In this document: positions 1-10,391 of the stretch, in pieces | Layout of the letters: each line of letters opens with the position of its first letter | How positions within the stretch are numbered: the first letter of the stretch is position 1 | The notes under the pieces: generated by a model | The model's database searches: none | Told to the model about the DNA's origin: nothing | The model's input: only the letters and a program-made list of their open reading frames with translations | Translations under genes and position numbers: made by a program | Assembly: GCA_902795845.1 (NCBI GenBank) | Contig: CADBMU010000082.1 | Location: 1-30,355, forward strand | Direction of reading: 5' to 3' | Origin: an uncultured Erysipelotrichaceae bacterium | GTDB taxonomy: Bacteria; Bacillota_I; Bacilli_A; RF39; UBA660 | DNA length: 30,355 nucleotides

Positions 1-16
1 AAAAGTAAAAAAATGC

Positions 17-45
17 TTTAAAAATACGTATTTTTTTGATATAAT
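17..45 (+). promoter_or_regulatory. putative sigma-A promoter of recF-gyrB-gyrA
   Basis: Extended -10 TGaTATAAT at 37-45; TTTAAA at 17-22 with a 17-bp spacer. Confidence 0.55.
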
Positions 46-46
46 T

Positions 47-84
47 AATAGTAGGTATAGGAGTACATGAATACCTACTATTTT
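47..84 (+). terminator. 12-bp inverted repeat (terminator or attenuator-like hairpin) upstream of recF
   Basis: AATAGTAGGTAT (47-58) and ATACCTACTATT (71-82), 12-nt loop, then TT. Confidence 0.45.
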
Positions 85-112
85 AATATATGACCTTAAA
101 AGAGTGATAAAA

Positions 113-3119
<3,007 letters not shown>

Positions 3120-3129
3120 GAGGTTAAAT

Positions 3130-5574
3130 ATGGATAGAATAAATCAAAAGAATATAGTTGAAGAAGTACAAGATTCATTCCTTGATTATTCAATGAGTGT
3201 TATTGTTGCTCGTGCTTTACCAGATTTAAGAGATGGTTTAAAACCAGTTCATCGTAGAATTTTATATTCAATGTTTGATAGTGGTTATACTCCTGATAAA
3301 CAATATCGTAAATGTGCAAGAGTTGTTGGGGATGTAATGGGAAAATATCATCCACATGGTGATTCTTCAATTTACGAAGCTTTAGTACGTATGGCCCAAG
3401 ATTTTAGTTATAGACATATGTTAATAGATGGTCATGGTAACTTTGGTAACATGGACGGTGATGGAGCCGCTGCTATGCGTTATACCGAATCAAGACTTTC
3501 TAAAATATCTCTAGAATTATTAAGAGATATCAAGAAAGATACTGTTGATTTTATACCAAATTTTGATGAAACTGAAAAAGAACCATCAGTTTTACCAAGT
3601 AGATTTCCAAATATCTTAGTAAATGGTACTATGGGTATAGCAGTTGGTATGGCAACAAACATACCACCTCATAATTTAGGTGAAACAATTGATGCTTGTG
3701 TAGCATACATAGATAATCATGATATAACAATTTCAGAAATGATGGAATATATTAAAGGTCCAGATTTCCCTACTGGAGGTATAATTTTAGGAAATAGCGG
3801 TATTAAAAAGGCTTATGAAACTGGTAGAGGTACAATAACTATTAGATGTAAAGCCACTATTGAAGAAGGCAATGGACGTAGTAAAATTGTTATTTCAGAA
3901 CTTCCTTATGGTATTAATACACTAGATTTAAAAACAAAAATAGGTGAATTAGTAAGAGATAAAGTTTTAGAAGGAATAGCTGATTATCATGATGCAACTA
4001 GTATTGAAAAAGGTGTTAATATAATTATTACCTTAAAAAAAGAAGCTAATGCTAATGTTGTATTAAATAATTTGTATAAACATACTGCTTTACAATCAAC
4101 TTTTGGTATTATTTTCTTGATGCTTGATAATGGAACACCTAAAACTTTAAATATTAAAGAAATAATTTCAAAATATATTGATTATCAAAAAGAAATTATT
4201 ATTAGAAGAACAAAATTTGATCTTAATAAAGCTGAAGAAAGAGTTCATATTTTAGAAGGTTATAAAATAGCACTTGATAATATCGATGAAGTTATTAAGA
4301 TTATTAAAACAGCTGAATCAGACGTTATTGCTCGTGAAAATTTACAAAAACGTTTTGGTTTATCTGAAATTCAAGCCAATGCTATTTTGGAATTAAAACT
4401 ACGTAGATTAACAGGTTTAGAAAGAGAAAAAATAGAAAGTGAACTTGCTGAGTTGTTAAAAACTATTGAAGAATTAAGAAGTATCTTAGCAAGTGAAGAA
4501 AAAGTACTTGAAATAATTAAAAATGAATTGTTAGATATTAAGAATAAATATGCAGATCCTAGAAGAACAACAATTGATATGTCTGCAATTGAATATATTG
4601 AGGATGAATCTTTAATTCCTGAACAAGATATAATGATTGCTTTAACAAATAAAGGATATATTAAGAGAACTACTTCTGATACATTTAAGTCTCAGAAACG
4701 TGGTGGTGTAGGTGTTAAAGGTATGAATACTAATGAAGAAGACTTTGTTGAACAAATTATCAACACTTCTACACACGATTACATCTTATTCTTTACTAAT
4801 AAAGGTAAAGTTTATAGAATTAAAGGTTATGAAATACCTGAATTTAGTAGACAATCTAAAGGTATTCCTATTATTAACATATTGCAAATAGAAAAAGATG
4901 AAAAAATCAATTCTATGATAAATGTTAAGAAAGACGATGAATATAAATACATCTTATTTGCTACTAAAAAAGGTATTGTTAAGAAAACTAATATAAGCGA
5001 ATTTGAAAATATAAGAACTTCAGGTAAGATAGCAATTAGTCTTAAAGAAACTGATGAATTAATATCTGTTAAAAAGACAACAGGTGATGATATGATTCTT
5101 ATGGGTTCAAATGACGGCCGTATGGTTAAGTTTAATGAAAAAGAGATAAGAGTCATGGGAAGAACTGCAAGTGGCGTTAGAGGTATTAATTTAGGTGATT
5201 CTGAGTGTATCGGAGCAGAAGTAACAACTGAAGACGATAAAATCTTAATTGTATCAAAGAAAGGTTACGGAAAACAAACAAATGTATGTGAATATAGAAC
5301 TACTAAGCGTGGTAGCAAAGGTGTAAAAGCTTTAAATATCACAGATAAAAATGGTAAACTTGCTACATTTAAAATTGTAACTGAAGATAAAGATGTAATT
5401 ATTGTTACTGATACAGGAATGATTATTAGAATGCCACTTGATCAAATTTCAACTCTAGGTAGAGTTACTCAAGGTGTTAAGTTAATTAATCTAAAAGATA
5501 ATCAACAAGTTTCTACAATGAGTTTAATTGATAAAAATGAAGAAACAATTGAAGAAGAAACTACAAATGAATAA
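3130..5574 (+). CDS. gyrA: DNA gyrase subunit A
   Basis: [22 protein letters not shown], catalytic AAMRY and GyrA-box QKRGGVG. SD AGGAGG at 3118-3123 supports ATG 3130. Confidence 0.98.
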   Translation: MDRINQKNIVEEVQDSFLDYSMSVIVARALPDLRDGLKPVHRRILYSMFDSGYTPDKQYRKCARVVGDVMGKYHPHGDSSIYEALVRMAQDFSYRHMLIDGHGNFGNMDGDGAAAMRYTESRLSKISLELLRDIKKDTVDFIPNFDETEKEPSVLPSRFPNILVNGTMGIAVGMATNIPPHNLGETIDACVAYIDNHDITISEMMEYIKGPDFPTGGIILGNSGIKKAYETGRGTITIRCKATIEEGNGRSKIVISELPYGINTLDLKTKIGELVRDKVLEGIADYHDATSIEKGVNIIITLKKEANANVVLNNLYKHTALQSTFGIIFLMLDNGTPKTLNIKEIISKYIDYQKEIIIRRTKFDLNKAEERVHILEGYKIALDNIDEVIKIIKTAESDVIARENLQKRFGLSEIQANAILELKLRRLTGLEREKIESELAELLKTIEELRSILASEEKVLEIIKNELLDIKNKYADPRRTTIDMSAIEYIEDESLIPEQDIMIALTNKGYIKRTTSDTFKSQKRGGVGVKGMNTNEEDFVEQIINTSTHDYILFFTNKGKVYRIKGYEIPEFSRQSKGIPIINILQIEKDEKINSMINVKKDDEYKYILFATKKGIVKKTNISEFENIRTSGKIAISLKETDELISVKKTTGDDMILMGSNDGRMVKFNEKEIRVMGRTASGVRGINLGDSECIGAEVTTEDDKILIVSKKGYGKQTNVCEYRTTKRGSKGVKALNITDKNGKLATFKIVTEDKDVIIVTDTGMIIRMPLDQISTLGRVTQGVKLINLKDNQQVSTMSLIDKNEETIEEETTNE

Positions 5575-5577
5575 TAA

Positions 5578-5593
5578 TGTTTCACGTGAAACA
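5578..5593. promoter_or_regulatory. parS: parS site 1 (perfect palindrome 5576-5595)
   Basis: aaTGTTTCACGTGAAACAtt; starts 3 bp after the gyrA stop codon. Confidence 0.93.
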
Positions 5594-5602
5594 TTGTTTA
5601 AG

Positions 5603-5639
5603 AGAATAGAATTTTAATTATAGATTCTATTCTTTTTTT
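5603..5639 (+). terminator. intrinsic terminator of gyrA
   Basis: AGAATAGAAT (5603-5612) pairs with ATTCTATTCT (5624-5633), followed by a T run. Confidence 0.8.
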
Positions 5640-5679
5640 GAATTAATATTTTTTAAATATTTCAAATATAATATATCTA

Positions 5680-5695
5680 TGTTTCACGTGAAACA
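5680..5695. promoter_or_regulatory. parS: parS site 2 (palindrome 5675-5700)
   Basis: atctaTGTTTCACGTGAAACAtagat. Confidence 0.93.
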
Positions 5696-5842
5696 TAGAT
5701 TTTTTAAGTAAAATAGTAAATATTTCTACACATTTGATATATTAAATTATTTAAATATGAAAAATATTAGTTTATTTAAAATACAAATTATTTAATACAT
5801 GATTAAGATTTAATTATTACCAATGATATCAATTATTTTATA

Positions 5843-5858
5843 TGTTTCACGTGAAACA
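5843..5858. promoter_or_regulatory. parS: parS site 3 (palindrome 5838-5863)
   Basis: ttataTGTTTCACGTGAAACAtataa. Confidence 0.93.
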
Positions 5859-5948
5859 TATAATTAATTTTAAAATGATAATTAAATATATATGTTAAGA
5901 ATTAATATTTTTTTATAAATTATTAATAAAAAATAATAGAAAAAACAA

Positions 5949-5964
5949 TGTTTCACGTGAAACA
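5949..5964. promoter_or_regulatory. parS: parS site 4 (palindrome 5946-5967)
   Basis: caaTGTTTCACGTGAAACAttg. Confidence 0.93.
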
Positions 5965-6065
5965 TTGCATAAATTAAAAATATAATATAAAAAAAATCAA
6001 AATAATAGTACATAAACTACTTTAGTAAATAAAATATTAAATTATTTAATTTAAGGTGAGATTAA

Positions 6066-6081
6066 TGTTTCACGTGAAACA
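6066..6081. promoter_or_regulatory. parS: parS site 5 (palindrome 6060-6087)
   Basis: gattaaTGTTTCACGTGAAACAttaatc. Confidence 0.93.
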
Positions 6082-6177
6082 TTAATCAAAAAAATATATT
6101 TTATAAAATATCAATTTAAAAAATAATAAATAATTACAATATGAATATTAATGTTAATATGATATATGAAATAACAA

Positions 6178-6193
6178 TGTTTCACGTGAAACA
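6178..6193. promoter_or_regulatory. parS: parS site 6 (palindrome 6175-6196)
   Basis: caaTGTTTCACGTGAAACAttg. Confidence 0.93.
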
Positions 6194-6204
6194 TTGAATA
6201 TTAC

Positions 6205-6233
6205 TTGAAAAAAAAATAATAATTTGATAATCT
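6205..6233 (+). promoter_or_regulatory. sigma-A promoter of the SRP RNA gene
   Basis: TTGAAA (6205-6210), 17 bp, TAATCT (6228-6233) preceded by TG at 6225-6226. Predicted TSS ~6240 matches the 5' end of the RNA stem. Confidence 0.7.
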
Positions 6234-6239
6234 AATAAC

Positions 6240-6310
6240 GTGCAACAAATATATTGTAAATTGGTCAGGATTGGAAAATAGCAGCCACATCAATCTCTAT
6301 TTGTGTGCAC
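6240..6310 (+). ncRNA. ffs: small-type signal recognition particle RNA (4.5S-like)
   Basis: Helix-8 signature GGTCAGG-ATT-GGAA-AAT-AGCAGCC; closing stems GTGCA/TGCAC, ACAAATA/TATTTGT and ATTG/CAAT; T7 tract follows; lies next to tadA-dnaX like Bacillota scr/ffs. Confidence 0.85.
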
Positions 6311-6329
6311 TTTTTTTATGGTGATGAAT

Positions 6330-6746
6330 ATGGAAGATAAAATAATAAAAGAACTAATAAAACTTTCTAATAAAGCATTAAAAAAGAAAGAAGTTCCTGT
6401 ATCAGCAATTATTACTTGTAATGATAAAATAATTGTCAAAGCTTATAATAAGAGAGAAAGAAAGAACGATGTACTTGGACATGCAGAAATTTTATGTATA
6501 AGAAAAGCTTCAAAAAAACTTAAAAATTGGAAGTTAACAAAATGCAACCTGTATGTAAGTTTAAAACCCTGCAGTATGTGTCAAGAGATAATAAAACAAG
6601 CAAGAATTGAAAATGTTTTTTATTTATTAGAAAAGCCAGAATCAAAAAAAGAATATAATAATACTAATTTTATAAAAGTAGAAAATATTAAAAATAAAGA
6701 ATTTAAACAAATGCTTTCATTATTGTTTATAAGTAAAAGAAAATAA
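6330..6746 (+). CDS. tadA: tRNA adenosine deaminase TadA-like nucleoside deaminase
   Basis: EVPV, HAE and PCSMC zinc motifs; upstream of dnaX. Start moved to ATG 6330 (SD GGTGA at 6320) because the GTG at 6303 lies inside the SRP RNA. Confidence 0.85.
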   Translation: MEDKIIKELIKLSNKALKKKEVPVSAIITCNDKIIVKAYNKRERKNDVLGHAEILCIRKASKKLKNWKLTKCNLYVSLKPCSMCQEIIKQARIENVFYLLEKPESKKEYNNTNFIKVENIKNKEFKQMLSLLFISKRK

Positions 6747-6769
6747 AACAAATGTTTGCATTAAAAATA

Positions 6770-6798
6770 TTTAAAATCATTGTGAAATATGTTATAAT
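6770..6798 (+). promoter_or_regulatory. putative sigma-A promoter of dnaX-ybaB-recR
   Basis: TTTAAA, 17 bp, then TGtTATAAT (-10 at 6793-6798). Confidence 0.55.
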
Positions 6799-6818
6799 TA
6801 ATTAACAGGGTGATTAAT

Positions 6819-8411
6819 ATGGAATACAAAGTTTTATATAGAAAATATAGACCTGATAATTTTAATAATATAGTCGGTCAGGATTATACAATAACAATAT
6901 TAAAAAATGCTATAATTAATAAAAAAATAGCTCATGCATACATATTTAATGGCCCAAGAGGAACGGGAAAAACAAGTACAGCTAAAGTATTTGCTAAAAC
7001 AATTAACTGTGAAAATCCCCAAAATGGTGAAGCTTGTGGTAAGTGTAATTCTTGCTTAAATATTAAAAATAATCCAGATATAATTGAAATTGATGCTGCT
7101 TCAAATAACGGTGTTGATGAAATAAGAGAATTAATCAATAATATCAAAATAGCGCCATCATACAGTAAATATAAAGTGTATATTATTGATGAAGTTCATA
7201 TGATGACACAAAGTGCTTTTAATGCTTTATTATTAACTCTTGAGGAACCACCAGAACATGTAGTGTTTATATTAGCAACAACTAATATAGAAAGTGTTCC
7301 AATAACTATATTATCAAGATGCCAAAAATTTGATTTTAAAAAAATTAGTAATGAAGTAATAAAAGATAGAATTAATTATATATGTAAAGAAGAAAAAATT
7401 AATATAACTCCAGAAGCTGTTGATGAAATAACATATTTATCTGAAGGTGGAATGCGAGATGCCTTAAGTATTTTGGATCAATTATCTTCTGATACAAATA
7501 ATATTGATATAGATTTAATAATAAATAATTTTGGATCTGTCCCAAATATAGTTATTGATAATATAATTAGTGCAGTTGAAGATAATGATTTAAATATCAT
7601 TAAAGATAATATTAATAAAATGAAAAATAGTAATGTTGATTATAAAGTGTTTATAAAAAAAATGATTGATAAGTTATCTTTAAAAGCTTTTAGTAATGAT
7701 AATAAAATTTCGCTAGATAAAATAAAAAATTTAGTGTTTGATTTAGTAAAAATTATTAATAATTATAATATAAATATAAATCCATTTATTCTTATAGAAT
7801 TAACTCTTTTAGAATACTTAGATAATGAAAATATTGTAACTGATAAGAAAGAGGAAAATACAAAAATTATTTCCCGGGAAATAATTTTGGATGAAAATAA
7901 ATCTCAAGAAAAAGAAAAAAATGAAGAAAATAAAACTAATATTTCTAAAAATAATAACGAATTTGTTAAAATAAGAATGAATAATTGTTTTGTAAATGCA
8001 AAAAAAGAATCTTTAAAATTTGCTAAAGAAAATTTAAAAAAGATAATTGAAAATAATTTAGATAATACTTTTTTAAATTCTATGTTAATTGATTCTTCTG
8101 TAGTAGTAGCATCTGATGATATTTATATATTATCTTGTAAATTAGATAGTACTGTAAATTTGATAAATTTAAATAAAACAATGATAGAAGAAAAATTAAA
8201 TAATGTTAAAATTGCAGCAATTACTGATGATGAATGGCTTTCAGAAAAACAAATATATATAAATAATATAAAAAATGGTTATAATTATGAAATAAAACCA
8301 GAAATAGAAGAAAATAATAAAACAATTAAGAAAGAAGAAAAAATAATAGAAGATTCAATTGAAGATATAGCAGAGAAAATATTTTCAAATGATAAAATAG
8401 AAATAGAATAA
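6819..8411 (+). CDS. dnaX: DNA polymerase III subunit gamma/tau
   Basis: LYRKYRP, Walker A GPRGTGKT, zinc Cys cluster, EIDAASNNGVD, IIDEVHM, SRC; SD GGGTGA before ATG 6819. Confidence 0.96.
   Translation: MEYKVLYRKYRPDNFNNIVGQDYTITILKNAIINKKIAHAYIFNGPRGTGKTSTAKVFAKTINCENPQNGEACGKCNSCLNIKNNPDIIEIDAASNNGVDEIRELINNIKIAPSYSKYKVYIIDEVHMMTQSAFNALLLTLEEPPEHVVFILATTNIESVPITILSRCQKFDFKKISNEVIKDRINYICKEEKINITPEAVDEITYLSEGGMRDALSILDQLSSDTNNIDIDLIINNFGSVPNIVIDNIISAVEDNDLNIIKDNINKMKNSNVDYKVFIKKMIDKLSLKAFSNDNKISLDKIKNLVFDLVKIINNYNININPFILIELTLLEYLDNENIVTDKKEENTKIISREIILDENKSQEKEKNEENKTNISKNNNEFVKIRMNNCFVNAKKESLKFAKENLKKIIENNLDNTFLNSMLIDSSVVVASDDIYILSCKLDSTVNLINLNKTMIEEKLNNVKIAAITDDEWLSEKQIYINNIKNGYNYEIKPEIEENNKTIKKEEKIIEDSIEDIAEKIFSNDKIEIE
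7868..7883. promoter_or_regulatory. Noc-binding site (NBS), perfect, inside dnaX
   Basis: TATTTCCCGGGAAATA matches the Bacillus Noc consensus; palindrome extends to 26 bp (7863-7888). Confidence 0.8.
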
Positions 8412-8429
8412 GAAAGAAGGAATAGAAAT

Positions 8430-8726
8430 ATGAATATGCAAAAATTAATGGCAGAAGCTCAAAAAATGCAAAGAGATATAACTAAAAAACAAGAGGAGTT
8501 AGAAAATACTATGTTTGAAGGGAAATCTGAATGGATTGAATTATCAATGAACGGTAAATATGAACTTAAATCATTTAAAATAACATATGATGAAGATATA
8601 AAAAATGATGATAAAGAAATGCTAGAAGATATGATAAATATTGCATTAAATGATTGCCTTAAAAAAATAAATACTAAAAAGAATGATATAATGGGATCTT
8701 ATGGATCTATGGGTGGATTATTCTAA
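8430..8726 (+). CDS. ybaB: YbaB/EbfC family nucleoid-associated protein
   Basis: 'MNMQKLMAEAQKMQ...DKEMLEDMINIALND'; dnaX-ybaB-recR synteny. Confidence 0.92.
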   Translation: MNMQKLMAEAQKMQRDITKKQEELENTMFEGKSEWIELSMNGKYELKSFKITYDEDIKNDDKEMLEDMINIALNDCLKKINTKKNDIMGSYGSMGGLF

Positions 8727-9325
8727 TGATATATCCTAAAAAATTAGAAGATTTAATTGAATCTTTTAAAAAGTTACCAACAATAGGTGAAAAAAGTGCA
8801 GAACGATTAGCACTGGCTACTTTAGAAATGTCAACAGAAGATGTTGATAATTTTTCAAATAGTTTAATTAAAGCAAAAGAATTAGTTAAATGTAAAATAT
8901 GTGGTAATTTATCTGATAATGATATATGTAGTATTTGCAGTGATGAAAATAGAGATAAGAATATAATATGTGTAATTGAAGATCCAAAAAGTGTTTTTAC
9001 ATTTGAAAAAGTTGGAAATTTCAAAGGTACTTATCACGTATTAAACGGCTTAATTTCTCCCAAAGACGATATTGGAGTTGATGATATAAATTTAGCATCT
9101 TTGTTAAGTAGAATAGAAAATTTGGATAATCCAGAGTTGATTTTAGCGTTAAAATCTTCTATGGAAGGAGAAACTACTATTTTGTACATAAAAAAAATAT
9201 TAAGTAATAAGAATGTAAAAATTTCTAGACTTTCTTATGGAATACCTATGGGAGCAGAATTAGATTATTTAGATGTAATAACATTAGATAAAGCATTAGA
9301 AGATAGAAAAATAATATCTGAATAA
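8726..9325 (+). CDS. recR: recombination protein RecR
   Basis: HhH 'LPTIGEKSAERLA', C4 zinc finger, 'ICVIED', 'YHVLNG', 'SRLSYGIPMG'. Confidence 0.96.
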   Translation: MIYPKKLEDLIESFKKLPTIGEKSAERLALATLEMSTEDVDNFSNSLIKAKELVKCKICGNLSDNDICSICSDENRDKNIICVIEDPKSVFTFEKVGNFKGTYHVLNGLISPKDDIGVDDINLASLLSRIENLDNPELILALKSSMEGETTILYIKKILSNKNVKISRLSYGIPMGAELDYLDVITLDKALEDRKIISE

Positions 9326-9347
9326 ATAATAATAAATAACATATAAT
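9320..9347 (+). promoter_or_regulatory. possible mother-cell (sigma-E-type) promoter of bofA
   Basis: CATATAAT at 9340-9347 fits the CATAnnnT -10; GAATA at 9320-9324 as -35. The spacing is about 1 bp shorter than the B. subtilis norm, and the TATAAT could equally be a sigma-A -10. Confidence 0.35.
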
Positions 9348-9364
9348 TTATTGAGGATGATTAT

Positions 9365-9553
9365 ATGTTTAAAATACTAAAAAAGGTAGTAAAAAAAGTT
9401 GTATTTGCTTTTGTTTTATTATATGGATTAAATGTGATAGTATCATCAATTAATATCTTTATACCAATAAATATATTTACAATATCTATTGTATCTATAC
9501 TAGGTGTTCCGGGATTACTATCACTTATATCAATATTTTTCATAATAAATTGA
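9365..9553 (+). CDS. bofA: pro-sigmaK processing inhibitor BofA family protein (short form)
   Basis: Hydrophobic 62 aa with 'IPINIFTISIVSILGVPG' BofA motif; follows recR as in Bacillota. Confidence 0.85.
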   Translation: MFKILKKVVKKVVFAFVLLYGLNVIVSSINIFIPINIFTISIVSILGVPGLLSLISIFFIIN

Positions 9554-9563
9554 GGTGGTTTAA

Positions 9564-10391
9564 TTGGAAGCAGTAAATGGTATTAAACATATTGAAAAAT
9601 CATATAATGAGAATAAACTTTCTCATGCTTTTTTAGTTGAAACAAATAATTGTGAAAAATGTTTAGAAGATATAAAAAAAATTATTAAACTAATAAATTG
9701 TAAAGAAAAATATGTTGATAACTGTGAAAAATGTAATTTATGTTATCAAATAGAAAAAGAAACACTTCCTAATTTTCAAATTATAAGACCTGATGGTACT
9801 ACAATAAAAAAAGAACAAATAATAAATTTGAAAGAGAAAATGTTAACTAAACCTGTGTATTCAAAATATAACACATATGTAATTTTAAATTCTGAAAAAT
9901 TAAATAACTCTTCTTCTAATACAATGCTTAAATTTATTGAGGAACCAGAAGACTATTTAATTGGGTTCTTTGTTGTAAATAATAAGGAAAATGTAATAGA
10001 AACTATAAAAAGTAGATGTCAATTAATCCATCAATATTATAACGAAGAAGAAATAAAGATTGATGATGAGAAAATTGAAACTGTAAAAGATTATATAAAA
10101 AATATTGAACTAGATAATAAACATATAATGTTGTATAATAAAAATATCTTAATGGAAAAAAATTATACAAGAGAAGAACTAATAATAATATTTCAACAAA
10201 TATTTAAAGTTTATGAAAATGTATATATAAATGATGAATATGAGAATTTTGAATTTTTAAAAGATATGAATTCAGTTCAATTATTAAATAAAATGAAAAT
10301 TATTAATAAATATTTAGATAATTTACAAAAAAATGGAAATATTAATTTGCTTCTAGATTCTTTTGTTATTGAAATGGGGCATGTTAAATGA
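9564..10391 (+). CDS. holB: DNA polymerase III delta-prime subunit
   Basis: 'SHAFL', zinc Cys cluster, 'IKKEQI', 'NTMLKFIEEP', 'TIKSRCQ'; upstream of yaaT; TTG start with SD GAGGTGG. Confidence 0.88.
   Translation: MEAVNGIKHIEKSYNENKLSHAFLVETNNCEKCLEDIKKIIKLINCKEKYVDNCEKCNLCYQIEKETLPNFQIIRPDGTTIKKEQIINLKEKMLTKPVYSKYNTYVILNSEKLNNSSSNTMLKFIEEPEDYLIGFFVVNNKENVIETIKSRCQLIHQYYNEEEIKIDDEKIETVKDYIKNIELDNKHIMLYNKNILMEKNYTREELIIIFQQIFKVYENVYINDEYENFEFLKDMNSVQLLNKMKIINKYLDNLQKNGNINLLLDSFVIEMGHVK

Larger units (their letters stand above)
5578..6193. repeat. parS: array of six perfect parS (ParB/Spo0J-binding) sites
   Basis: TGTTTCACGTGAAACA at 5578, 5680, 5843, 5949, 6066 and 6178; spacers of 86, 147, 90, 101 and 96 bp; identical to the Bacillota parS consensus. 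Confidence 0.95.

Noticed and set aside
67-93. 8-codon uORF (MNTYYFNI) with an SD in the hairpin loop before recF
   Set aside because: SD-to-ATG spacing is only 3 nt and tiny ORFs are common at this AT content; no supporting evidence.
5594-6177. oriC/DUE interpretation of the AT-rich spacers
   Set aside because: No DnaA boxes (TTATCCACA or close variants) or DnaA-trio run were seen; oriC is expected upstream of recF, outside the window.
5578-6193. CRISPR array interpretation of the repeat-spacer region
   Set aside because: The repeat is only 16 bp and is exactly parS; the spacers are long, variable (86-147 bp) and low-complexity; no cas genes are in the window.
6303-6329. Upstream GTG/TTG starts in the ORF track (tadA, recF, dnaX, tatD, 25615, 22507, 26540; also gyrA 3112 and rpsI 25083)
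   Set aside because: These codons lie within or overlap SD sequences (GGTGA/GGAGG) or neighbouring features; downstream ATGs have proper SD spacing.
8000-8030. Programmed -1 frameshift in dnaX (A AAA AAA G followed by a weak hairpin)
   Set aside because: A-runs are ubiquitous in this window, the hairpin is a 6-bp mostly A/U stem, and there is no upstream SD-like stimulator.
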